Below are positions 46,119 through 62,500 of a DNA stretch of 64,000 nucleotides, piece by piece (position 1 is the stretch's first letter; each line of letters begins with the position of its first letter). The translations under genes and the position numbers were made by a program. Origin of the DNA: Bugula neritina. Its lineage: Eukaryota; Animalia; Bryozoa. The stretch is taken from NCBI GenBank assembly GCA_964035545.1, contig OZ037771.1:9800480-9864479 (forward strand), in the 5' to 3' direction. The notes beneath the pieces are model-generated. The model was not told the origin of the DNA. It saw nothing but the letters and a program-made list of their open reading frames with translations, and made no database searches.

Positions 46119-48569
46119 ACATTCTGCAACATATTGAAATATACTGCAACACACTGAAATATACTGCAACACACTGAAATATACTGCAAAATACTGAAAT
46201 ACACTTCAACATACTGCAACATACTGAAAGACACTACAACTCACTGAAGTATAGTGCAATATACAGAAATGTACTCTAACATACTGATATTTAATGTTAC
46301 ACACTGACATATACTACAAAATAATGAAATACACTGTAACATACCGAAATAAGCTGCAACATACTGCAACATACTGAAATACACTGCAACATTCTGCAAC
46401 ATACTTCAACATACTGAAATATACTGTAACATAATGAAATACACTGCAGCACATTGAAATATACTGCAACATACTGAAATGTACTGCAACATACTGAAAT
46501 ACACTGCAACATATTGAAGTATATTGTAATACGCGGACATGTACTGTAACATACTGAAACACACTGAAACAATCTGAAACATACTGAAACATACTGAAAC
46601 ATACTGAAATACACTGCAACATACTGCAACATACTGAAACGTACTGTAACATTATGAAATACACTGCAACACATTGAAATATACTGCAACAAACTGAAAT
46701 ATACTGCAACATACTAAAACGTACTGCAACATACTGAAATACATTGCAACATATCGAAGTATATCGTAATATACGGACATGTACTGAAACATACTGAAAC
46801 ACACTGAAACATACTGAAACATACTGAAATATACTGAAACATACTGAAATACACTGTAACACATTGAAAAATACTGCAACATACTGAAAGACACTTCAAC
46901 TCACTGAAGTATAGTGTAATTTACGGAAATGTACTGTAACATACTGATAATTACTGCAACACACTGAAATATACTGCAACATACTGAAATACACTGTAAC
47001 ATACTAAATTACACTGCAACATTCTGCAACATACTTCAACGTACTGAAATACACTGTAACATAATGAAATACACTGCAACATACTGCAACATACTGAAGT
47101 ACACTGTAAAATATTAAAATACACTGCAACACATTGGAATATACTGCAACACACCGAAATATACTGTAACATACTGAAACATGAGCAATATACTGAAAGA
47201 TGCCTCAACATACTCAAATACACTGCAACACATTGAAATACACTGCAACATACTGAAATATACTGCAACATACTGAAATGTACTTCAACATAATGAAAAA
47301 CACTGCAACATATCAAAGTATGTTGTAATATACAGACATGTACTGAAACATACTGAAACATACTGAAATACACTGCAACAAGTTGGAATATACTGCAACA
47401 TACCCAAGTATATGGTAATATAATGAAATATACTGCAACATACCGCAGCATACTGAAAAACACTGTAACAAACTGAAATACGCTGCAACACATTGGAATA
47501 TACTGCAACATACCCAAATAAATGGTAATATACTGAAATATACTGAAATACACTGTAACACATTGAAAAATACTGCAACATACTGAAACACACTACAACT
47601 CACTGAAGTATAGTGTAACTTACCGAAATGTACTGTAACATACTGATATTTACTGCAACACACTGAAACATACTGCAACATACTGAAATACACTGTTACA
47701 TACTAAAATCCACTGCAACATACTAAAATACACTGCAACATTCTGCAACATTCTGCAACATACTTCAACATACTGAAATACACTGTAACAAACTGAAATA
47801 CGCTGCAATACATTGGAATATACTGCAACAAACCCAAATAAATGGTAACATACTGAAATATACTGAAATACATTGTAACACATTGAAAAATACTGCAACA
47901 CACTGAAAGACACTACAACTCACTGAAGTATAGTGTAATATACGAAAATGTACTGTAACATACTGATATTTACTGCAACACACTGAAATATACTGCAACA
48001 TACTGTATACACTGTTACATGCCAAAATAAACTGCAACATACTGCAACATACTGAAATACACTGTAACATACTCAAATACACTGCAACATTCTGCAACAC
48101 ACTTCAACGAACTGAAAGACACTGTAACATAATGAAATACACTGCAACACATTGAAATATACCGCAACAGACTGGAATATACTGCAACACAACCAAGTAC
48201 ATCGTAATATACGTACATGTACTGTAACATACTTGAACATACTGAAACATACTGCAACATTCTGAAGTACACTGTAAAATATTGAAATACACTGCAACAA
48301 ACTGCAACATACTGAAGTGCACTGTACATATTGAAAAACACTGCAACACACTGAAAAATACTGCAACACACTGAAATATACCGCACAATACTGAATTATA
48401 CTTCAACATACTGCAACATACTGAAAGACACTACAACTCACTGAAGTATAGTGCAATATACAGGAATGTACTCTAACATACTGATATTTAATGTTACACA
48501 CTGAAATATAGTACAGCATACTGAAATACACTGCAACATACCGAAATAAGCTGCAACATTCTGCAACAT

Positions 48570-49900
48570 ACTGAAGTACACTGTAACATGATGTAGTACA
48601 CTGCAACACATTGAAATATACTGCAACAAACTGAAATATACTGCAACATACTGAAATGTACTGCAACATACTGAAATACATTGCAACATATCGAAGTATA
48701 TCGTAATAAACGAACATGTACTGTAACATACTGAAACACACTGAAACAATCTGAAACATACTGAAACATACTGAAACATACTGAAATACACTGCAACATA
48801 CTGCAACATACTGAAACATACTGTAACATTATGAAATACACTGCAACACATTGAAATATACTGCAACAAACTGAAATATACTGCAACATACTAAAACGTA
48901 CTGCAACATACTGAAATACATTGCAACATATCGAAGTATATCGTAATATACGGACATGTACTGAAACATACTGAAACATACTGAAACATACTGAGATACA
49001 CTGCAACATACTGCAACATACTGAAGTACACTGTAACATGATGAAATACACTGCAACACATTGAATTATACTGCAACAAACTGAAATATACTGCAACATA
49101 CTGAAATGTACTGCAACATACTGAAATACATTGCAACATATCGAAGTATATCGTAATAAACGAACATGTACTGTAACATACTGAAACACACTGAAACAAT
49201 CTGAAACATACTGAAACATACTGAAACATACTGAAATACACTGCAACATACTGCAACATACTGAAACATACTGTAACATTATGAAATACACTGCAACACA
49301 TTGAAATATACTGCAACAAACTGAAATATACTGCAACATACTAAAACGTACTGCAACATACTGAAATACATTGCAACATATCGAAGTATATCGTAATATA
49401 CGGACATGTACTGAAACATACTGAAACATACTGAAACATACTGAGATACACTGCAACATACTGCAACATACTGAAGTACACTGTAACATGATGAAATACA
49501 CTGCAACACATTGAATTATACTGCAACAAACTGAAATATACTGCAACATACTGAAATGTACTGCAACATGCTGAAATACATTGCAACATATCGAAGTATA
49601 TTGTAATAAACGGACATGTACTGTAACATACTGAAACACACTGAAACATACTGAAACATACTGAAACATACTGAAACATACTGAAATACAGTGCAACATA
49701 CTGAAACATACTGTAACATTATGAAATGCACTGCGACACATTGAAATATACTGCAACAAACTGAAATATACTGCAACATACTAAAACGTACTGCAACATA
49801 CTGAAATACATTGCAACATATCGAAGTATATCGTAATATACGGACATGTACTGAAACATACTGAAACATACTGAAACATACTGAGATACACTGGAACATA
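48570..49900. repeat. ~450-bp higher-order unit, about 3 tandem copies
   Basis: ORF offsets 48829/49279 and 48891/49341 (450). Boundaries are approximate. Confidence 0.75.
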
Positions 49901-49909
49901 CTGCAACAT

Positions 49910-52900
49910 ACTGAAATACACTGCAACACATTGAAATATACTACAACAAACTGAAATATACTGCAACATACTGAAACGTACTGCAACATACTGAAATACA
50001 TTGCAATATATCGAAGTATGTCGTAATATACGGACATGTACTGTAACATACTGAAACACACTGAAACATACTGAAACATACTGAAATATACTGAAATATA
50101 CTGAAATACACTGTAACACATTGAAAAATACTGCAACATACTGAAAGACACTTCAACTCACTGAAGTATAGTGTAATTTACGGAAATGTACTGTAACATA
50201 CTGATAATTACTGCAACACACTGAAATATACTGCAACATACTGAAATACACTGTAACATACCGAAATAAACTGCAACATAATGCAACATACTGAATTACA
50301 CTGTAACATACTAAATTACACTGCAACATTCTGCAACATACTTCAACGTACTGAAATACACTGTAACATAATGAAATACACTGCAACATACTGCAACATA
50401 CTGAAGTACACTGTAAAATATTAAAATACACTGCAACACATTGGAATATACTGCAACACACTGAAATATACTGTAACATACTGAAACATGAGCAATATAC
50501 TGAAAGATGCCTCACCATACTCAAATACACTGCAACACATTGAAATACACTGCAACACACTGAAATATACTGCAACATACTGAAATGTACTTCAACATAA
50601 TGAAAAACACTGCAACATATCAAAGTATGTTGTAATATACAGACATGTACTGAAGCATACTGAAACATACTGAAATACACTGCAACAAGTTGGAATATAC
50701 TGCAACATACCCAAGTATATGGTAATATAATGAAATATACTGCAACATACCGCAACATACTGAAAAACACTGAAACAAACTGAAATACGCTGCAACACAT
50801 TGGAATATACTGCAACATACCCAAATAAATGGTAATATACTGAAATATACTGAAATACACTGTAACACATTGAAAAATACTGCAACATACTGAAACACAC
50901 TACAACTCACTGAAGTATAGTGTAACTTACTGAAATGTACTGTAACATACTGATATTTACTGCAACACACTGAAACATACTGCAACATACTGAAATACAC
51001 TGTTACATACTAAAATACACTGCAACATACTAAAATACACTGCAACATTCTGCAACATTCTGCAACAAACTTCAACATAATGAAATACACTGTAACAAAC
51101 TGAAATACGCTGCAACACATTGGAATATACTGCAACATACCCAAATAAATGGTAACATACTGAAATATACTGAAATACACTGTAACACATTAAAAAATAC
51201 TGCAACATACTGAAAGACACTTCAACTCACTGAAGAATAGTGTAATATACAGAAATGTACTGTAACATACTGATATTTACTGTAACACACTGAAATATAC
51301 TGCGACATACTGAAATACACTGTAACATACCGAAATAAACTGCAACATAATGCAACATACTGAATTACACTGTAACATACTAAAATACACTGCAAAATTC
51401 TGCAACACACTTCAACGAACTGAAAGACACTGTAACATAATGAAATACACTGCAACACATTGAAATATACTGCAACAAACTGAAATACGCTGCAACACAT
51501 TGGAATATACTGCAACATATCCCAATAAATGGTAATATACTGAAATATATTGAAATACACTGTAACACATTGAAAAATACTGCAACATACTGAAACACAC
51601 TACAACTCACTGAAGTATAGTGTAACTTACTGAAATGTACTGTAAAATACTGATATTTACTGCAACACACTGAAACATACTGCAACATACTGAAATACAC
51701 TGTTACATACTAAAATACACTGCAACATACTAAAATACACTGCAACAATCTGCAACATTCTGCAACATACTTCAACATACTGAAATACACTGTAACAAAC
51801 TGAAACACGCTGCAACACATTGGAATATACTGCAACATACCCAAATAAATGGTAACATACTGAAATATACTGAAATACAATGTAACACATTGAAAAATAC
51901 TGCAACACACTGAAAGACACTACAACTCACTGAAGTATAGTGTAATATACAAAAACGTACTGTAACATAGTGATATTTACTGCAACACACTGAAATATAC
52001 TGCAACATACTGAAATACACTGTTACATGCCAAAATAAACTGCAACATACTGCAACATACTGCAACATACTGAAATACACTGTAACATACTAAAATACAC
52101 TGCAAAATTCTGCAACACACTTCAACGAACTGAAAGACACTGTAACATAATGAAATACACTGCAACACATTGAAATATACTGCAACAAACTGAAATATAC
52201 TGCAACATACTAAAACGTACTGCAACATACTGAAATACATTGCAACATATCGAAGTATATCGTAATATACGGACATGTACTGAAACATACTGAAACATAC
52301 TGAAACATACTGAGATACACTGCAACATACTGCAACATACTGAAGTACACTGTAACATGATGAAATACACTGCAACACATTGAAATATACTGCAACAAAC
52401 TGGAATATACTGCAACATACTGGATCGTACTGCAACATACTGAAAAACATTGCAATATATCGAAGTATGTCGTAATATACGGACATGTACTGTAACATAC
52501 TGAAACACACTGATACATACTGAAACATACTGAAATATACTGAAATATACTGAAATACACTGTAACACATTGAAAAATACTGCAACATACTGAAAGACAC
52601 TTCAACTCACTGAAGTATAGTGTAATTTATGGAAATGTACTGTAACATACTGATAATTACTGCAACACACTGAAATATACTGCAACATACTGAAATACAC
52701 TGTAACATACCGAAATAAACTGCAACATAATGCAACATACTGAATTACACTGTAACATACTAAATTACACTGCAACATTCTGCAACATACTTCAACGTAC
52801 TGAAATACACTGTAACATAATGAAATACACTGCAACATACTGCAACATACTGAAGTACACTGTAAAATATTAAAATACACTGCAACACATTGGAATATAC

Positions 52901-53915
52901 TGCAACACACTGAAATATACTGTAACATACTGAAACATGAGCAATATACTGAAAGATGCCTCACCATACTCAAATACACTGCAACACATTGAAATACACT
53001 GCAACACACTGAAATATACTGCAACATACTGAAATGTACTTCAACATAATGAAAAACACTGCAACATATCAAAGTATGTTGTAATATACAGACATGTACT
53101 GAAGCATACTGAAACATACTGAAATACACTGCAACAAGTTGGAATATACTGCAACATACCCAAGTATATGGTAATATAATGAAATATACTGCAACATACC
53201 GCAACATACTGAAAAACACTGTAACAAACTGAAATACGCTGCAACACATTGGAATATACTGCAACATACCCAAATAAATGGTAATATACTGAAATATACT
53301 GAAATACACTGTAACACATTGAAAAATACTGCAACATACTGAAACACACTACAACTCACTGAAGTATAGTGTAACTTACTGAAATGTACTGTAACATACT
53401 GATATTTACTGCAACACACTGAAACATACTGCAACATACTGAAATACACTGTTACATACTAAAATACACTGCAACATACTAAAATACACTGCAACATTCT
53501 GCAACATTCTGCAACATACTTCAACATACTGAAATACACTGTAACAAACTGAAATACGCTGCAACACATTGGAATATACTGCAACATACCCAAATAAATG
53601 GTAACATACTGAAATATACTGAAATACACTGTAACACATTAAAAAATACTGCAACATACTGAAAGACACTTCAACTCACTGAAGAATAGTGTAATATACA
53701 GAAATGTACTGTAACATACTGATATTTACTGTAACACACTGAAATATACTGCAACATACTGAAATACACTGTAACATACCGAAATAAACTGCAACATAAT
53801 GCAACATACTGAATTACACTGTAACATACTAAAATACACTGCAAAATTCTGCAACACACTTCAACGAACTGAAAGACACTGTAACATAATGAAATACACT
53901 GCAACACATTGAAAT
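49910..53915. repeat. Duplicated block at 2,449-bp offset (~49910-51465 and ~52360-53915)
   Basis: ORF pairs 50153/52602, 50592/53041, 50957/53406 and 51222/53671. Confidence 0.8.
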
Positions 53916-56551
53916 ATACCGCAACAGACTGGAATATACTGCAACACATCCAAGTACATCGTAGTATACGGACATGTATCGTAACATACTTGAACATACT
54001 GAAACATACTGCAACATTCTGAAGTACACTGTAAAATATTGAAATACACTGCAACAAACTGCAACATACTGAAGTGCACTGTACATATTGAAAAACACTG
54101 CAACACACTGAAAAATACTGCAACACACTGAAATATACCGCACAATACTGAATTATACTTCAACATACTGCAACATACTGAAAGACACTACAACTCACTG
54201 AAGTATAGTGCAATATACAGAAATGTACTCTAACATACTGATATTTGATGTTACACACTGAAATATAGTACAGCATACTGAAATACACTGCAACATACCG
54301 AAATAAGCTGCAACATTCTGCAACATACTGAAATACACTGTAACATGATGTAGTACACTGCAACACATTGAAATATACTGCAACAAACTGAAATATACTG
54401 CAACATACTGAAATGTACTGCAACATACTGAAATACATTGCAACATATCGAAGTATATCGTAATAAACGAACATGTACTGTAACATACTGAAACACACTG
54501 AAACAATCTGAAACATACTGAAACATACTGAAACATACTGAAATACACTGCAACATATTGCAACATACTGAAACATACTGTAACATTATGAAATACACTG
54601 CAACACATTGAAATATACTGCAACAAACTGAAATATACTGCAACATACTAAAACGTACTGCAACATACTGAAATACATTGCAACATATCGAAGTATATCG
54701 TAATATACGGACATGTACTGAAACATACTGAAACATACTGAAACATACTGAGATACACTGCAACATACTGCAACATACTGAAGTACACTGTAACATGATG
54801 AAATACACTGCAACACATTGAAATATACTGCAACAAACTGAAATATACTGCAACATACTGAAACGTACTGCAACATACTGAAATTAATTGCAACATATCG
54901 AAGTATATCGTAATATACGGACATGTACTGTAACATACTGAAACACACTGAAACATACTGAAACATACTGAAACATACTGAAACATACTGAGATACACTG
55001 CAACATACTGCAACATACTGAAAAACACTGTAACATGATGAAATACGCTGCAACACATTGAAATATACTGCAACAAACTGAATTATACCGCAACATACTG
55101 AAACGTGCTGCAACATAATGAAATACACTGCAACACATTGAAATATACCGCAACAGACTGGAATATACTGCAACACATCCAAGTACATTGTAATATACGG
55201 ACATGTACTGTAACATACTGAAACACACTGAAACATACTGAAACATACTGAAATGTACTGAAATATACTGAAATACACTGTAACACATGGAAAAATACTG
55301 CAACATACTGAAAGCCACTTCAACTCACTGAAGTATAGTGTAATATACGGAAATGTACTGTAACATACTGATATTTGCTGTAACACACTGAAATATACTG
55401 CAACATACTGAAATACACTGTAACATACCGAAATAAACTGCAACATAATGCAACATACTGAATTACGCTGTAACATACTAAAATACACTGCAACATTCTG
55501 CAACATACTGCAACATACTGAAATACACTGTAACATGATGAAGTATAGTGCAATATACAGAAATGTACTCTAACATAATGATGTTTAATGTTACACACTG
55601 AAATATACTGCAACACACTGAAATATACTGCAAAATACTGAATTATACTTCAACATACTGCAACATACTGAAAGACACCACAACCCACTGAAGTATAGTG
55701 CAATATACAGAAATGTACTCTAACATACTGATATTTAATGTTACACACTGAAATATACTACGACATACTGAAATACACTGCAACATACCGAAATAAGCTG
55801 CAACATACTGCAACATACTGAAATACACTGTAACATGATGTAGTACACTGCAACACATTGAAATATACTGCAACAAACTGAAATATACTGCAACATACTG
55901 AAATGTACTGCAACATACTGAAATACATTGCAACATATCGAAGTATATCGTAATAAACGGACATGTACTGTAACATACTGAAACACACTGAAACATACTG
56001 AAACATACTGAAACATACTGAAACATACTGAAATACACTGCAACATACTACAACATACTGAAACATACTGTAACATTATGAAATACACTGCAACACATTG
56101 AAATATACTGCAACAAACTGAAATATACTGCAACATACTAAAACGTACTGCAACATACTGAAATACATTGCAATATATCGAAGTATATCGTAATATATGG
56201 ACATGTACTGTAACATACTGAAACACACTGAAACATACTGAAACATACTGAAATATACTGAAATATACTGAAATACACTGTAACACATTGAAAAATACTG
56301 CAACATACTGAAAGACACTTCAACTCACTGAAGAATAGTGTAATATACAGAAATGTACTGTAACATACTGATATTTACTGTAACACACTGAAATATACTG
56401 CAACATACTGAAATACACTGTAACATACCGAAATAAACTGCAACATAATGCAACATACTGAATTACACTGTAACATACTAAAATACACTGCAACATTCTG
56501 CAACATACTTCAACGAACTGAAAGACACTGTAACATAATGAAATACACTGC

Positions 56552-59500
56552 AACACATTGAAATATACCGCAACAGACTGGAATATACTGCAACACATCC
56601 AAGTACATCGTAATATACGGACATGTACTGTCACATACTGGAACATACTGAAACATACTGCAACATTCTGAAGTACTCTGTAAAATATTGAAATACACTG
56701 CAACAAACTGCAACATACTGAAGTACACTGTACATATTGAAAAACACTGCAACACACTGAAATATACTGCAACACACTGAAATATACCGCACAATACTGA
56801 ATTATACTTCAACATACTGCAACATACTGAAAGACACTACAACTCACTGAAGTATAGTGCAATATACAGAAATGTACTCTAACATACTGATATTTAATGT
56901 TACACACTGAAATATACTACAACATACTGAAATACACTGCAACATACCGAAATAAACTGCAACATAATGCAACATACTGAATTACGCTGTAACATACTAA
57001 AATACACTGCAACATTCTGCAACATACTGCAACATGCTGAAATACACTGTAACATGATGAAGTATAGTGCAATATATAGAAATGTACTCTAACAAAATTA
57101 TATTTAATGTTACACACTGAAATATACTGCAACACACTGAAATATACTGCAAAATACTGAATTATACTTCAACATACTGCAACATACTGAAAGACACCAC
57201 AACCCACTGAAGTATAGTGCAATATACAGAAATGTACTCTAACATACTGATATTTAATGTTACACACTGAAATATACTACAACATACTGAAATACACTGC
57301 AACATACCGAAATTAGCTGCAACATACTGCAACATACTGAAATACACTGTAACATGATGTAGTACACTGCAACACATTGAAATATACTGCAACAAACTGA
57401 AATATACTGCAACATACTGAAATGTACTGCAACATACTGAAATACATTGCAACATATCGAAGTATATCGTAATAAACGGACATGTACTGTAACATACTGA
57501 AACACACTGAAACATACTGAAACATACTGAAACATACTGAAACATACTGAAATACACTGCAACATACTACAACATACTGAAACATACTGTAACATTATGA
57601 AATACACTGCAACACATTGAGATATACTGCAACAAACTGAAATATACTGCAACATACTAAAACGTACTGCAACATACTGAAATACATTGCAATATATCGA
57701 AGTATATCGTAATATACGGACATGTACTGTAACATACTGAAACACACTGAAACATACTGAAACATACCGAAATATACTGAAATGTACTGAAATACACTGT
57801 AACACATTGAAAAACACTGCAACATACTGAAAGACACTTCAACTCACTGAAGAATAGTGTAATATACAGAGATGTACTGTAACATACTGATATTTACTGT
57901 AACACACTTAAATATACTGCAACATACTGAAATACACTGTAACATACCGAAATAAACTGCAACATAATGCAACATACTGAATTACACTGTAACATACTAA
58001 AATACACTGCAACATTTTGCAACATACTTCAACGAACTGAAAGACACTGTAACATAATGAAATACACTGCAACACATTGAAATATACCGCAACAGACTGG
58101 AATATACTGCAACACATCCAAGTACATCGTAATATACGGACATGTACTGTAACATACTGGAACATACTGAAACATACTGCAACATTCTGAAGTACACTGC
58201 AAAATATTGAAATACACTGCAACAAACTGCAACATACTGAAGTACACTGTACATATTGAAAAACACTGCAACACACTGAAATATACTGCAACACACTGAA
58301 ATATACCGCACAATACTGAATTATACTTCAACATACTGCAACATACTGAAAGACACTACAACTCACTGAAGGATAGTGCAATATACAGAAATGTACTGTA
58401 ACATACTGATATTTAATGTTACACACTGAAATATACTACAACATACTGAAATACACTGCAACATACCGAAATAAGCTGCAACATTCTGCAATATACTGAA
58501 ATACACTGTAACATGATGTAGTACACTGCAACACATTGAAATATTCTGCAACAAACTGAAATATACTGCAACATACTGAAATGTACTGCAACATACTGAA
58601 ATACATTGCAACATATCGAAGTATATCGTAATAAACGAACATGTACTGTAACATACTGAAACACACTGAAACAAACTGAAACATACTGAAATATACTGAA
58701 ATATACTGTAACACATTGAAAAATACTGCAACATACTGAAAGACACTTCAACTCACTGAAGTATAGTGTAATTTACGGAAATGTACTGTAACATACTGAT
58801 AGTTACTGCAACACACTGAAATATACTGCAACATACTGAAATACACTGTAACATACCGAAATAAACTGCAACATAATGCAACATACTGAATTACACTGTA
58901 ACATACTAAATTACACTGCAACATTCTGCAACATACTTCAACGTACTGAAATACACTGTAACATAATGAAATACACTGCAACATACTGCAACATACTGAA
59001 GTACACTGTAAAATATTAAAATACACTGCAACACATTGGAATATACTGCAACACACTGAAATATACTGTAACATACTGAAACATGAGTAATATACTGAAA
59101 GATGCCTCAACATACTCAAATACACTGCAACACATTGAAATACACTGCAACACACTGAAATATACTGCAACACACTGAAATGTACTTCAACATAATGAAA
59201 AACACTGCAACATATCAAAGTATGTTGTTATATACAGACATGTACTGAAACATACTGAAACATACTGAAATACACTGCAACAAGTTGGAATATACTGCAA
59301 CATACCCAAGTATATGGTAATATAATGAAATATACTGCAACATACCGCAACATATTGAAAAACACTGTAACAAACTGAAATACGCTGCAACACATTGGAA
59401 TATACTGCAATATACCCAAATAAATGGTAATATACTGAAATATACTGAAATACACTGTAACACATTGAAAAATACTGCAACATACTGAAACACACTACAA

Positions 59501-62500
59501 CTCACTGAAGTATAGTGTAACTTACTGAAACATACTGCAACATACTGAAATACACTGTTACATACTAAAATACACTGCAACATACTAAAATACACTGCAA
59601 CATTCTGCAACATTCTGCAACATACTTCAACATACTGAAATACACTGTAACAAACTGAAATACGCTGCAACACATTGGAATATACTGCAACATATCCCAA
59701 TAAATGGTAATATACTGAAATATATTGAAATACACTGTAACACATTGAAAAATACTGCAACATACTGAAACACACTACTACTCACTGAAGTATAGTGTAA
59801 CTTACTGAAATGTACTGTAAAATACTGATATTTACTGCAACACACTGAAACATACTGCAACATACTGAAATACACTGTTACATACTAAAATACACTGCAA
59901 CATACTAAAATACATTGCAACAATCTGCAACATTCTGCAACATACTTCAACATACTGAAATACACTGTAACAAACTGAAACACGCTGCAACACATTGGAA
60001 TATACTGCAACATACCCAAATAAATGGTAACATACTGAAATATACTGAAATACAATGTAACACATTGAAATATACCGCAACAGACTGGAATATACTGCAA
60101 CACATCCAAGTACATCGTAATATACGGACATGTACTGTCACATACTGGAACATACTGAAACATACTGCAACATTCTGAAGTACTCTGTAAAATATTGAAA
60201 TACACTGCAACAAACTGCAACATACTGAAGTACACTGTACATATTGAAAAACACTGCAACACACTGAAATATACTGCAACACACTGAAATATACCGCACA
60301 ATACTGAATTATACTTCAACATACTGCAACATACTGAAAGACACTACAACTCACTGAAGTATAGTGCAATATACAGAAATGTACTCTAACATACTGATAT
60401 TTAATGTTACACACTGAAATATACTACAACATACTGAAATACACTGCAACATACCGAAATAAACTGCAACATAATGCAACATACTGAATTACGCTGTAAC
60501 ATACTAAAATACACTGCAACATTCTGCAACATACTGCAACATGCTGAAATACACTGTAACATGATGAAGTATAGTGCAATATATAGAAATGTACTCTAAC
60601 AAAATTATATTTAATGTTACACACTGAAATATACTGCAACACACTGAAATATACTGCAAAATACTGAATTATACTTCAACATACTGCAACATACTGAAAG
60701 ACACCACAACCCACTGAAGTATAGTGCAATATACAGAAATGTACTCTAACATACTGATATTTAATGTTACACACTGAAATATACTACAACATACTGAAAT
60801 ACACTGCAACATACCGAAATTAGCTGCAACATACTGCAACATACTGAAATACACTGTAACATGATGTAGTACACTGCAACACATTGAAATATACTGCAAC
60901 AAACTGAAATATACTGCAACATACTGAAATGTACTGCAACATACTGAAATACATTGCAACATATCGAAGTATATCGTAATAAACGGACATGTACTGTAAC
61001 ATACTGAAACACACTGAAACATACTGAAACATACTGAAACATACTGAAACATACTGAAATACACTGCAACATACTACAACATACTGAAACATACTGTAAC
61101 ATTATGAAATACACTGCAACACATTGAGATATACTGCAACAAACTGAAATATACTGCAACATACTAAAACGTACTGCAACATACTGAAATACATTGCAAT
61201 ATATCGAAGTATATCGTAATATACGGACATGTACTGTAACATACTGAAACACACTGAAACATACTGAAACATACCGAAATATACTGAAATGTACTGAAAT
61301 ACACTGTAACACATTGAAAAACACTGCAACATACTGAAAGACACTTCAACTCACTGAAGAATAGTGTAATATACAGAGATGTACTGTAACATACTGATAT
61401 TTACTGTAACACACTTAAATATACTGCAACATACTGAAATACACTGTAACATACCGAAATAAACTGCAACATAATGCAACATACTGAATTACACTGTAAC
61501 ATACTAAAATACACTGCAACATTTTGCAACATACTTCAACGAACTGAAAGACACTGTAACATAATGAAATACACTGCAACACATTGAAATATACCGCAAC
61601 AGACTGGAATATACTGCAACACATCCAAGTACATCGTAATATACGGACATGTACTGTAACATACTGGAACATACTGAAACATACTGCAACATTCTGAAGT
61701 ACACTGCAAAATATTGAAATACACTGCAACAAACTGCAACATACTGAAGTACACTGTACATATTGAAAAACACTGCAACACACTGAAATATACTGCAACA
61801 CACTGAAATATACCGCACAATACTGAATTATACTTCAACATACTGCAACATACTGAAAGACACTACAACTCACTGAAGGATAGTGCAATATACAGAAATG
61901 TACTGTAACATACTGATATTTAATGTTACACACTGAAATATACTACAACATACTGAAATACACTGCAACATACCGAAATAAGCTGCAACATTCTGCAATA
62001 TACTGAAATACACTGTAACATGATGTAGTACACTGCAACACATTGAAATATTCTGCAACAAACTGAAATATACTGCAACATACTGAAATGTACTGCAACA
62101 TACTGAAATACATTGCAACATATCGAAGTATATCGTAATAAACGAACATGTACTGTAACATACTGAAACACACTGAAACAAACTGAAACATACTGAAATA
62201 TACTGAAATATACTGTAACACATTGAAAAATACTGCAACATACTGAAAGACACTTCAACTCACTGAAGTATAGTGTAATTTACGGAAATGTACTGTAACA
62301 TACTGATAGTTACTGCAACACACTGAAATATACTGCAACATACTGAAATACACTGTAACATACCGAAATAAACTGCAACATAATGCAACATACTGAATTA
62401 CACTGTAACATACTAAATTACACTGCAACATTCTGCAACATACTTCAACGTACTGAAATACACTGTAACATAATGAAATACACTGCAACATACTGCAACA

